DNA from: Nemertoderma westbladi
Lineage: Eukaryota; Animalia; Xenacoelomorpha
Assembly: GCA_032718475.1 (NCBI GenBank)
Contig: JAUCBJ010003666.1
Location: forward strand, 1-51,875
Direction: 5' to 3'
DNA length: 51,875 nucleotides
Part shown: positions 12,901-27,000 of the stretch, piece after piece
How the letters are laid out: each line of letters begins with the position of its first letter
How positions within the stretch are numbered: position 1 is the first letter of the stretch
Notes under the pieces: generated by a model
Seen by the model: only the letters and a program-made list of their open reading frames with translations
What the model was told of the DNA's origin: nothing
Database searches by the model: none
Made by a program: the position numbers and the translations under genes

Positions 12901-15900
12901 AAACTAATACTGGTTGTACATGCAGGACTGTCTTAACTATTACTGGTTGTACATGCAGGACTGTCTTAACTATTACTGGTTGTACATGCAGGACTGTCTT
13001 AACTATTACTGGTTGTACATGCAGGACTGTCTTAACTATTACTGGTTGTACATGCAGGACTGTCTTAACTATTACTGGTTGTACATGCAGGACTGTCGAA
13101 ACTATTACTGGTTGTACATGCAGGACTGTCGAAACTATTACTGGTTGTACATGCAGGACTGTCGAAACTAATACTGGTTGTACATGCAGGACTGTCTTAA
13201 CTATTACTGGTTGTACATGCAGGACTGTCTTAACTATTACTGGTTGTACATGCAGGACTGTCGAAACTATTACTGGTTGTACATGCAGGACTGTCGAAAC
13301 TAATACTGGTTGTACATGCAGGACTGTCTTAACTATTACTGGTTGTACATGCAGGACTGTCGAAACTAATACTGGTTGTACATGCAGGACTGTCTTAACT
13401 ATTACTGGTTGTACATGCAGGACTGTCTTAACTATTACTGGTTGTACATGCAGGACTGTCGAAACTATTACTGGTTGTACATGCCGGACTGTCGAAACTA
13501 TTACTGGTTGTACATGCAGGACTTTCGAAACTATTACAGGTTGTACATGCCGGACTGTCGAAACTATTACTGGTTGTACATGCCGGACTGTCGAAACTAT
13601 TACAGGCTGTACATGCAGGACTGTCGAAACTATTACTGGTTGTACATGCCGGACTGTCGAAACTATTTCAGGTTGTACATGCAGGACTGTCGAAACTATT
13701 ACAGGCTGTACATGCCGGACTGTCGAAACTATTACAGGTTGTACATGCAGGACTGTCGAAACTATTACAGGCTGTACATGTAGGACTGTCGAAACTATTA
13801 CTGGTTGTACATGCAGGACTGTCTTAACTATTACTGGTTGTACATCCAGGACTATCGAAACTATTACTGGTTGTACATGCAGGACTGTCGAAACTATTAC
13901 TGGTTGTACATCCAGGACTGTCTTAACTATTACTGGTTGTACATGCAGGACTGTCTTAACTATTACTGGTTGTACATGCAGGACTGTCTTAACTATTACT
14001 GGTTGTACATGCAGGACTGTCTTAACTATTACTGGTTGTACATGCAGGACTGTCTTAACTATTACTGGTTGTACATGCAGGACTGTCTTAACTATTACTG
14101 GTTGTACATGCAGGACTGTCGAAACTATTACTGGTTGTACATGCAGGACTTTCGAAACTATTACAGGTTGTACATGCCGGACTGTCGAAACTATTACTGG
14201 TTGTACATGCAGGACTGTCTTAACTATTACTGGTTGTACATGCAGGACTGTCGAAACTATTACAGGTTGTACATGCCGGACTGTCGAAACTATTACAGGC
14301 TGTACATGCAGGACTGTCGAAACTATTACTGGTTGTACATGCAGGACTGTCTTAACTATTACTGGTTGTACATGCAGGACTGTCTTAACTATTACTGGTT
14401 GTACATGCAGGACTGTCGAAACTATTACAGGTTGTACATGCAGTACTGTCGAAACTATTACAGGTTGTACATGCCGGACTGTCGAAACTATTACAGGCTG
14501 TACATGCAGGACTGTCGAAACTATTACTGGTTGTACATGCAGGACTGTCTTAACTATTACTGGTTGTACATGCAGGACTGTCTTAACTATTACTGGTTGT
14601 ACATGCAGGACTGTCGAAACTATTACAGGTTGTACATGCAGTACTGTCGAAACTATTACAGGTTGTACATGCCGGACTGTCGAAACTATTACAGGCTGTA
14701 CATGCAGGACTGTCGAAACTATTACTGGTTGTACATGCAGTACTGTCGAAACTATTACTGGTTGTACATCCAGGACTGTCTTAACTATTACTGGTTGTAC
14801 ATGCAGGACTGTCTTAACTATTACTGGTTGTACATGCAGGACTGTCTTAACTATTACTGGTTGTACATGTAGGACTGTCGAAACTATTACATGTTGTACA
14901 TGTAGGACTGTCGAAACTATTACAGGTTGTACATGCAGTACTGTCGAAACTATTACTGGTTGTACATCCAGGACTGTCTTAACTATTACTGGTTGTACAT
15001 GCAGGACTGTCTTAACTATTACTGGTTGTACATGCAGGACTGTCGAAACTATTACAGGTTGTACATGCAGGACTGTCGAAACTAATACTGGTTGTACATG
15101 CAGGACTGTCTTAACTATTACTGGTTGTACATGCAGGACTGTCTTAACTATTACTGGTTGTACATGCAGGACTGTCTTAACTATTACTGGTTGTACATGC
15201 AGGACTGTCTTAACTATTACTGGTTGTACATGCAGGACTGTCTTAACTATTACTGGTTGTACATGCAGGACTGTCTTAACTATTACTGGTTGTACATGCA
15301 GGACTGTCGAAACTATTACTGGTTGTACATGCAGGACTGTCGAAACTAATACTGGTTGTACATGCAGGACTGTCTTAACTATTACTGGTTGTACATGCAG
15401 GACTGTCTTAACTATTACTGGTTGTACATGCAGGACTGTCGAAACTATTACTGGTTGTACATGCAGGACTGTCGAAACTAATACTGGTTGTACATGCAGG
15501 ACTGTCTTAACTATTACTGGTTGTACATGCAGGACTGTCGAAACTAATACTGGTTGTACATGCAGGACTGTCTTAACTATTACTGGTTGTACATGCAGGA
15601 CTGTCTTAACTATTACTGGTTGTACATGCAGGACTGTCGAAACTATTACTGGTTGTACATGCCGGACTGTCGAAACTATTACTGGTTGTACATGCAGGAC
15701 TTTCGAAACTATTACAGGTTGTACATGCCGGACTGTCGAAACTATTACTGGTTGTACATGCCGGACTGTCGAAACTATTACAGGCTGTACATGCAGGACT
15801 GTCGAAACTATTACTGGTTGTACATGCCGGACTGTCGAAACTATTTCAGGTTGTACATGCAGGACTGTCGAAACTATTACAGGCTGTACATGCCGGACTG

Positions 15901-17414
15901 TCGAAACTATTACAGGTTGTACATGCAGGACTGTCGAAACTATTACAGGCTGTACATGTAGGACTGTCGAAACTATTACTGGTTGTACATGCAGGACTGT
16001 CTTAACTATTACTGGTTGTACATCCAGGACTATCGAAACTATTACTGGTTGTACATGCAGGACTGTCGAAACTATTACTGGTTGTACATGCAGGACTGTC
16101 TTAACTATTACTGGTTGTACATCCAGGACTGTCGAAACTATTACAGGCTGTACATGCAGGACTGTCGAAACTATTACTGGTTGTACATGCCGGACTGTCG
16201 AAACTATTTCAGGTTGTACATGCAGGACTTTCGAAACTATTACAGGTTGTACATGCAGGACTGTCGAAACTATTACAGGATGTACATGCAGGACTGTCGA
16301 AACTATTACAGGTTGTACATGCAGGACTTTCGAAACTATTACAGGTTGTACATGCAGGACTGTCTTAACTATTACTGGTTGTACATGCCGGACTGTCGAA
16401 ACTATTACTGGTTGTACATGCAGGACTGTCGAAACTATTACAGGCTGTACATGCAGGACTGTCGAAACTATTACAGGTTATACATGCCGGACTGTCGAAA
16501 CTATTACAGGCTGTACAGTACATGCCGGACTGTCGAAACTATTACAGGCTGTACATGTAGGACTGTCGAAACTATTACTGGTTGTACATGCAGGACTGTC
16601 GAAACTATTACAGGTTGTACATGCAGTACTGTCGAAACTATTACAGGTTATACATGCCGGACTGTCGAAACTATTACAGGCTGTACATGCAGGACTGTCG
16701 AAACTATTACTGGTTGTACATGCAGGACTGTCTTAACTATTACTGGTTGTACATGTAGGACTGTCGAAACTATTACTGGTTGTACATGCAGGACTGTCTT
16801 AACTATTACTGGTTGTACATGCAGGACTGTCGAAACTATTACAGGTTGTACATGCCGGACTGTCGAAACTATTACAGGCTGTACATGCAGGACTGTCGAA
16901 ACTATTACTGGTTGTACATGCAGGACTGTCTTAACTATTACTGGTTGTACATGCAGGACTGTCTTAACTATTACTGGTTGTACATGCAGGACTGTCGAAA
17001 CTATTACAGGTTGTACATGCAGTACTGTCGAAACTATTACAGGTTGTACATGCCGGACTGTCGAAACTATTACAGGCTGTACATGCAGGACTGTCGAAAC
17101 TATTACTGGTTGTACATGCAGGACTGTCTTAACTATTACTGGTTGTACATGCAGGACTGTCTTAACTATTACTGGTTGTACATGCAGGACTGTCGAAACT
17201 ATTACAGGTTGTACATGCAGTACTGTCGAAACTATTACAGGTTGTACATGCCGGACTGTCGAAACTATTACAGGCTGTACATGCAGGACTGTCGAAACTA
17301 TTACTGGTTGTACATGCAGGACTGTCTTAACTATTACTGGTTGTACATGCAGGACTGTCGAAACTATTACTGGTTGTACATGCAGGACTGTCGAAACTAT
17401 TACAGGTTGTACAT

Positions 17415-18039
17415 ACTACTACTACTACTAGGATCGGCATGCTGCATTGCAGCTGCATTTTTAAGAATGCTGTGCCGGCTTATCGACAAAATCGCACCGC
17501 CACAACTCCCTATCACCCATGACATTTGCTAGATCATCCGCATCTTCAAGGCCAGTGTCCTTTAAGATGCGTCTCAAGAAAGTCATGGGTTGTCCACCAT
17601 GCTTATTCACTCCATGAGGCTGCCAAAGTACAAGATTATGCACTGGCTGGTCCTCACGGCGAAAGCAATGTCCTGCAAAGCGGAGCCGATTTTGTTCTAG
17701 TGTCAAGCTTGGGGGAACCAATGAGACACCTCCAATGTTATATAGTGTCTGGTTGGAGATGTGTGCATTGTACTTGACACAATGTACCCGGCGTAGCATT
17801 CTTGTGAATGTGCCATCCAGAGATTTGGTGTCCTCAGCAGTTAGAGCCCAGCATGGACTCCCGTAGAGGAGTACTGGAACTACTGCTGCTCTAAATAATC
17901 GGACCTTAAGTTTCCGATTAATTCTAGGTGACTTCCAAATCCTGGAAAGCCTATTCAAGGCTGCCCATGCCTTTCCCTTACGTATTCGAAGGTCCTCACC
18001 TGACTTCCGGATCCATGATCCCAGGTAACAGAAGTCGAC
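17415..18039 (-). mobile_element. 5'-truncated RTE-clade non-LTR retrotransposon (625 bp) with (TAG)n tail and 14-bp TSD
   Basis: TSD TACAGGTTGTACAT at 17401-17414 and 18040-18053. The (TAC)5TA run at 17414-17430 is a (TAG)n tail on the minus strand, preceded by a 30-nt 3'UTR (17431-17460). The coding remnant has RTE-like motifs. Confidence 0.93.
17461..18039 (-). pseudogene. C-terminal 192 aa of an RTE-type reverse-transcriptase ORF (end of RT, thumb and C-terminal region); 5' part missing
   Basis: VDFCYLGS...RIRKGKAWAALNRLSRIWKS...KLKVRLFRAAVVPVLLYG...RLRFAGHCFRR...LWQP.G...DRELWR matches the RTE-clade pattern (F.YLGS, VLLYG..W, RLR..GH..R, DR..WR). No internal stops; TAA at 17463-17461. 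The N-terminal 151 aa of the track ORF 17461..18492 is satellite read-through. Confidence 0.9.
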
Positions 18040-21000
18040 TACAGGTTGTACATGCAGTACTGTCGAAACTATTACAGGTTGTACATGCCGGACTGTCGAA
18101 ACTATTACAGGCTGTACATGCAGGACTGTCGAAACTATTACTGGTTGTACATGCAGGACTGTCTTAACTATTACTGGTTGTACATGCAGGACTGTCTTAA
18201 CTATTACTGGTTGTACATGCAGGACTGTCGAAACTATTACTGGTTGTACATGCAGGACTGTCGAAACTATTACTGGTTGTACATGCCGGACTGTCGAAAC
18301 TATTACAGGCTGTACAGTACATGCCGGACTGTCGAAACTATTACAGGCTGTACATGCCGGACTGTCGAAACTATTGCAGATTGTACATCCAGGAATGTCG
18401 AAACTATTACAGGTTGTACATGCAGGACTGTCGAAACTATTACAGGTTGTACATGCCGGACTGTCGAAACTATTACAGGCTGTACAGTACATGCCAGACT
18501 GTCGAAACTATTACAGGCTGTACATGCAGGACTGTCGAAACTATTACTGGTTGTACATGCAGGACTGTCGAAACTATTACATGTTGTACATGTAGGACTG
18601 TCGAAACTATTACAGGTTGTACATGCAGTACTGTCGAAACTATTACAGGTTGTACATGCCGGACTGTCGAAACTATTACAGGCTGTACATGCAGGACTGT
18701 CTTAACTATTACTGGTTGTACATCCAGGACTGTCTTAACTATTACTGGTTGTACATGCAGGACTGTCTTAACTATTACTGGTTGTACATGCAGGACTGTC
18801 TTAACTATTACTGGTTGTACATGCCGGACTGTCGAAACTGTTACAGGCTGTACAGTACATGCCGGACTGTCGAAACTATTACAGGCTGTACATGCCGGAC
18901 TGTCGAAACTATTACAGATTGTACATCCAGGAATGTCGAAACTATTACAGGTTGTACATGCAGGACTGTCGAAACTATTACTGGTTGTACATGCAGGACT
19001 GTCTTAACTATTACTGGTTGTACATGCAGGACTGTCTTAACTATTACTGGTTGTACATGCAGTACTGTCGAAACTATTACTGGTTGTACATGCCGGACTG
19101 TCGAAACTATTACTGGTTGTACATGCAGGACTGTCTTAACTATTACTGGTTGTACATGCAGGACTGTCTTAACTATTACTGGTTGTACATGCAGTACTGT
19201 CGAAACTATTACTGGTTGTACATGCCGGACTGTCGAAACTATTACAGGCTGTACATGCAGGTCTGTCTTAACTATTACTGGTTGTACATCCAGGACTGTC
19301 TTAACTATTACTGGTTGTACATGCAGGACTGTCGAAACTATTACAGGCTGTACATGCCGGACTGTCGAAACTATTACAGATTGTACATCCAGGAATGTCG
19401 AAACTATTACAGGTTGTACATGCAGGACTGTCGAAACTATTACTGGTTGTGTACATGCAGGACTGTCTTAACTATTACTGGTTGTACATGCAGGACTGTC
19501 TTAACTATTACTGGTTGTACATGCAGTACTGTCGAAACTATTACAGGCTGTACATGCAGGACTGTCGAAACTATTACTGGTTGTACATGCAGGACTGTCG
19601 AAACTATTACTGGTTGTACATGCAGGACTGTCGAAACTATTACTGGTTGTACATGCAGGACTGTCGAAACTATTACAGGCTGTACATGCAGGACTGTCGA
19701 AACTATTACTGGTTGTACATGCCGGACTGTCTTAACTATTACAGGTTGTACATGCAGGACTGTCTTAACTATTACAGGTTGTACATGCCGGACTGTCGAA
19801 ACTATTACAGGCTGTACATGCAGGACTGTCGAAACTATTACTGGTTGTACATGCAGGACTGTCGAAACTATTACTGGTTGTACATGCAGGACTGTCGAAA
19901 CTATTACAGGCTGTACATGCAGGACTGTCGAAACTATTACTGGTTGTACATGCCGGACTGTCTTAACTATTACTGGTTGTACATGCAGGACTGTCTTAAC
20001 TATTACTGGTTGTACATCCAGGACTGTCTTAACTATTACTGGTTGTACATCCAGGACTGTCTTAACTATTACTGGTTGTACATGCAGGACTGTCGAAACT
20101 ATTACAGGCTGTACATGCCGGACTGTCGAAACTATTACAGATTGTACATCCAGGAATGTCGAAACTATTACAGGTTGTACATGCAGGACTGTCGAAACTA
20201 TTACTGGTTGTGTACATGCAGGACTGTCTTAACTATTACTGGTTGTACATGCAGGACTGTCTTAACTATTACTGGTTGTACATGCAGTACTGTCGAAACT
20301 ATTACAGGCTGTACATGCAGGACTGTCGAAACTATTACTGGTTGTACATGCAGGACTGTCGAAACTATTACTGGTTGTACATGCAGGACTGTCGAAACTA
20401 TTACTGGTTGTACATGCAGGACTGTCGAAACTATTACAGGCTGTACATGCAGGACTGTCGAAACTATTACTGGTTGTACATGCCGGACTGTCTTAACTAT
20501 TACAGGTTGTACATGCAGGACTGTCTTAACTATTACAGGTTGTACATGCCGGACTGTCGAAACTATTACAGGCTGTACATGCAGGACTGTCGAAACTATT
20601 ACTGGTTGTACATGCAGGACTGTCGAAACTATTACTGGTTGTACATGCAGGACTGTCGAAACTATTACAGGCTGTACATGCAGGACTGTCGAAACTATTA
20701 CTGGTTGTACATGCCGGACTGTCTTAACTATTACTGGTTGTACATGCAGGACTGTCTTAACTATTACTGGTTGTACATCCAGGACTGTCTTAACTATTAC
20801 TGGTTGTACATGCAGGACTGTCTTAACTATTACTGGTTGTACATGCAGGACTGTCTTAACTATTACTGGTTGTACATGTAGGACTGTCGAAACTATTACT
20901 GGTTGTACATGCAGGACTGTCGAAACTATTACTGGTTGTACATGCAGGACTGTCGAAACTATTACATGTTGTACATGTAGGACTGTCGAAACTATTACAG

Positions 21001-24000
21001 GTTGTACATGCAGTACTGTCGAAACTATTACAGGTTGTACATCCAGGACTGTCTTAACTATTACTGGTTGTACATGCAGGACTGTCTTAATTATTACTGG
21101 TTGTACATGCAGGACTGTCTTAACTATTACTGGTTGTACATGCAGGACTGTCGAAACTATTACTGGTTGTACATGCAGGACTGTCGAAACTATTACATGT
21201 TGTACATGTAGGACTGTCGAAACTATTACAGGTTGTACATGCAGTACTGTCGAAACTATTACTGGTTGTACATCCAGGACTGTCTTAACTATTACTGGTT
21301 GTACATGCAGGACTGTCTTAACTATTACTGGTTGCACATGCAGGACTGTCTTAACTATTACTGGTTGTACATGTAGGACTGTCGAAACTATTACATGTTG
21401 TACATGTAGGACTGTCGAAACTATTACAGGTTGTACATGCAGTACTGTCGAAACTATTACTGGTTGTACATCCAGGACTGTCTTAACTATTACTGGTTGT
21501 ACATGCAGGACTGTCTTAACTATTACTGGTTGTACATGCAGGACTGTCGAAACTATTACAGGTTGTACATGCAGGACTGTCGAAACTAATACTGGTTGTA
21601 CATGCAGGACTGTCTTAACTATTACTGGTTGTACATGCAGGACTGTCTTAACTATTACTGGTTGTACATGCAGGACTGTCTTAACTATTACTGGTTGTAC
21701 ATGCAGGACTGTCGAAACTATTACTGGTTGTACATGCAGGACTGTCGAAACTAATACTGGTTGTACATGCAGGACTGTCTTAACTATTACTGGTTGTACA
21801 TGCAGGACTGTCTTAACTATTACTGGTTGTACATGCAGGACTGTCGAAACTATTACTGGTTGTACATGCAGGACTGTCGAAACTAATACTGGTTGTACAT
21901 GCAGGACTGTCTTAACTATTACTGGTTGTACATGCAGGACTGTCGAAACTAATACTGGTTGTACATGCAGGACTGTCTTAACTATTACTGGTTGTACATG
22001 CAGGACTGTCTTAACTATTACTGGTTGTACATGCAGGACTGTCTTAACTATTACTGGTTGTACATGCAGGACTGTCTTAACTATTACAGGTTGTACATGC
22101 CGGACCGTCTTAACTATTACAGGTTGTACATGCAGGACTGTCGAAACTATTACTGGTTGTACATGCAGGACTGTCGAAACTATTACATGTTGTACATGTA
22201 GGACTGTCTTAACTATTACTGGTTGAACATGCCGGACTGTCGAAACTATTACTGGTTGTACATGTAGGACTGTCTTAACTATTACTGGTTGTACATGCCG
22301 GACTGTCGAAACTATTACTGGTTGTACATGCAGGACTGTCGAAACTATTACAGATTGTACATCCAGGACTGTCTTAACTATTACTGGTTGTACATGCAGG
22401 ACTGTCTTAACTATTACTGGTTGTACATGCAGGACTGTCTTAACTATTACTGGTTGTACATGCAGGACTGTCTTAACTATTACTGGTTGTACATGCAGGA
22501 CTGTCGAAACTATTACTGGTTGTACATGCCGGACTGTCGAAACTGTTACAGGCTGTACAGTACATGCCGGACTGTCGAAACTATTACAGGCTGTACATGC
22601 CGGACTGTCGAAACTATTACAGGCTGTACATGCCGGACTGTCGAAACTATTACTGGTTGTACATGCAGGACTGTCTTAACTATTACTGGTTGTACATGCC
22701 GGACTGTCTTAACTATTACAGATTGTACATCCAGGAATGTCGAAACTATTACAGGTTGTACATGCAGGACTGTCGAAACTATTACTGGTTGTACATGCAG
22801 GACTGTCTTAACTATTACTGGTTGTACATGCAGGACTGTCTTAACTATTACTGGTTGTACATGCAGGACTGTCGAAACTATTACAGGCTGTACATGCAGG
22901 ACTGTCGAAACTATTACTGGTTGTACATGCAGTACTGTCGAAACTATTACAGGTTGTACATGCCGGACTGTCTAAACTATTACAGGCTGTACATGCAGGA
23001 CTGTCGAAACTATTACTGGTTGTACATGCAGGACTGTCGAAACTATTACTGGTTGTACATGCAGGACTGTCGAAACTATTACTGGTTGTACATGCCGGAC
23101 TGTCGAAACTATTACTGGTTGTACATGCCGGACTGTCGAAACTATTACAGGTTGTACATGCCGGACTGTCTTAACTATTACTGGTTGTACATGTAGGACT
23201 GTCGAAACTATTACAGGCTGTACATGCAGGACTGTCTTAACTATTACAGGTTGTACATGTAGGACTGTCGAAACTATTACAGATTGTACATCCAGGAATG
23301 TCGAAACTATTACAGGTTGTACATGCCGGACTGTCTTAACTATTACTGGTTGTACATGCAGGACTGTCTTAACTATTACTGGTTGTACATGCAGGACTGT
23401 CGAAACTATTACTGCTTGTACATGCCGGACTGTCGAAACTGTTACAGGCTGTACAGTACATGCCGGACTGTCGAAACTATTACAGGCTGTACATGCCGGA
23501 CTGTCGAAACTATTACAGGCTGTACATGCCGGACTGTCGAAACTATTACTGGTTGTACATGCAGGACTGTCTTAACTATTACTGGTTGTACATGCAGGAC
23601 TGTCGAAACTATTACTGGTTGTACATGCCGGACTGTCGAAACTGTTACAGGCTGTACAGTACATGCCGGACTGTCGAAACTATTACAGGCTGTACATGCC
23701 GGACTGTCGAAACTATTACAGGCTGTACATGCCGGACTGTCGAAACTATTACTGGTTGTACATGCCGGACTGTCGAAACTATTACTGGTTGTACATGCCG
23801 GACTGTCGAAACTATTACTGGTTGTACATGCCGGACTGTCGAAACTATTACAGATTGTACATCCAGGAATGTCGAAACTATTACAGGTTGTACATGCCGG
23901 ACTGTCTTAACTATTACTGGTTGTACATGTAGGACTGTCGAAACTATTACAGGCTGTACATGCCGGACTGTCGAAACTATTACAGGCTGTACATGCCGGA

Positions 24001-27000
24001 CTGTCGAAACTATTACAGATTGTACATCCAGGAATGTCGAAACTATTACAGGTTGTACATGCCGGACTGTCTTAACTATTACTGGTTGTACATGCAGGAC
24101 TGTCTTAACTATTACTGGTTGTACATGCAGGACTGTCGAAACTATTACTGGTTGTACATGCCGGACTGTCGAAACTGTTACAGGCTGTACAGTACATGCC
24201 GGACTGTCGAAACTATTACAGGCTGTACATGCCGGACTGTCGAAACTATTACATGTTGTACATGCAGGACTGTCGAAACTATTACTGGTTGTACATGCAG
24301 GACTGTCGAAACTATTACTGGTTGTACATGCAGGACTGTCGAAACTATTACAGGTTGTACATGCAGGACTGTCTTAACTATTACTGGTTGTACATGCAGG
24401 ACTGTCGAAACTATTACAGGTTGTACATGCAGGACTGTCTTAACTATTACTAGGTTGTACATGCAGGACTGTCGAAACTATTACAGGTTGTACATGCAGG
24501 ACTGTCGAAACTATTACTGGTTGTACATGCAGGACTGTCTTAACTATTACTGGTTGTACATGCCGGACTGTCGAAACTATTACAGGTTGTACATGCAGGA
24601 CTGTCTTAACTATTACAGGTTGTACATGTAGGACTGTCGAAACTATTACTGGTTGTACATCCAGGACTGTCTTAACTATTACTGGTTGTACATGCCGGAC
24701 TGTCGAAACTATTACAGGTTGTACATGCAGGACTGTCTTAACTATTACTGGTTGTACATGCCGGACTGTCGAAACTATTACTGGTTGTACATGCAGGACT
24801 GTCTTAACTATTACTGGTTGTACATGCAGGACTGTCGAAACTATTACTGGTTGTACATGCCGGACTGTCGAAACTGTTACAGGCTGTACAGTACATGCCG
24901 GACTGTCGAAACTATTACTGGTTGTACATGCCGGACTGTCGAAACTATTACTGGTTGTACATGCCGGACTGTCGAAACTATTACAGATTGTACATCCAGG
25001 ACTGTCGAAACTATTACAGGTTGTACATGCCGGACTGTCTTAACTATTACTGGTTGTACATGTAGGACTGTCGAAACTATTACAGGCTGTACATGCAGGA
25101 CTGTCTTAACTATTACAGGTTGTACATGTAGGACTGTCGAAACTATTACTGGTTGTACATCCAGGACTGTCTTAACTATTACTGGTTGTACATGCCGGAC
25201 TGTCGAAACTATTACAGGTTGTACATGCAGGACTGTCTTAACTATTACAGGTTGTACATGCAGGACTGTCGAAACTATTACTGGTTGTACATCCAGGACT
25301 GTCTTAACTATTACTGGTTGTACATGCCGGACTGTCGAAACTATTACAGGTTGTACATGCAGGACTGTCTTAACTATTACTGGTTGTACATGCCGGACTG
25401 TCTTATCTATTACAGGTTGTACATGCAGGACTGTCTTAACTATTACTGGTTGTACATGCCGGACTGTCGAAACTATTACAGATTGTACATGCAGGACTGT
25501 CGAAACTATTACTGGTTGTACATGCAGGACTGTCGAAACTATTACAGGTTGTACATGCCGGACTGTCTTAACTATTACTGGTTGTACATCCAGGACTGTC
25601 GAAACTATTACAGGTTGTACATCCAGGACTGTCTTAACTATTACTGGTTGTACATGCAGGACTGTCGAAACTATTACAGGTTGTACATGCAGGACTGTCG
25701 AAACTATTACAGGTTGTACATGCAGGACTGTCGAAACTATTACTGGTTGTACATGTAGGACTGTCGAAACTATTACTGGTTGTACATGCCGGACTGTCTT
25801 AACTATTACTGGTTGTACATGTAGGACTGTCGAAACTATTACAGGCTGTACATGCAGGACTGTCTTAACTATTACTGGTTGTACATGCCGGACTGTCGAA
25901 ACTATTACAGATTGTACATCCAGGACTGTCGAAACTATTACAGGTTGTACATGCCGGACTGTCTTAACTATTACTGGTTGTACATGTAGGACTGTCGAAA
26001 CTATTACAGGTTGTACATGTAGGACTGTCTAAACTATTACAGGTTGTACATGCAGGACTGTCTTAACTATTACTGGTTGTACATGCCGGACTGTCTTAAC
26101 TATTACTGGTTGTACATGCAGGACTGTCGAAACTATTACAGGTTGTACATGTAGGACTGTCTAAACTATTACAGGTTGTACATGCAGGACTGTCTTAACT
26201 ATTACTGGTTGTACGTACATGCAGGACTGTCTAAACTATTACTGGTTGTACATGCAGGACTGTCTTAACTATTACAGGTTGTACATGTAGGACTGTCGAA
26301 ACTATTACTGGTTGTACATGCAGGACTGTCTTAACTATTACAGGTTGTACATGCAGGACTGTCTTAACTATTACTGGTTGTACATGTAGGACTGTCGAAA
26401 CTATTACAGGTTGTACATGTAGGACTGTCTAAACTATTACAGGTTGTACATGCAGGACTGTCTTAACTATTACTGGTTGTACATGTAGGACTGTCGAAAC
26501 TATTACAGGTTGTACATGTAGGACTGTCTAAACTATTACAGGTTGTACATGCAGGACTGTCTTAACTATTACAGGTTGTACATGTAGGACTGTCTAAACT
26601 ATTACTGGTTGTACATCCAGGACTGTCTTAACTATTACAGGTTGTACATGCCGGACTGTCTTAACTATTACAGGTTGTACATGCAGGACTGTCGAAACTA
26701 TTACAGGTTGTACATGCAGGACTGTCGAAACTATTACAGGTTGTACATGCAGGACTGTCGAAACTATTACAGGCTGTACATGTAGGACTGTCTAAACTAT
26801 TACAGGTTGTACATGCAGGACTGTCTTAACTATTACTGGTTGTACATGTAGGACTGTCGAAACTATTACAGGCTGTACATGTAGGACTGTCTAAACTATT
26901 ACAGGTTGTACATGCAGGACTGTCTTAACTATTACTGGTTGTACATGCAGGACTGTCTTAACTATTACAGGTTGTACATGTAGGACTGTCGAAACTATTA

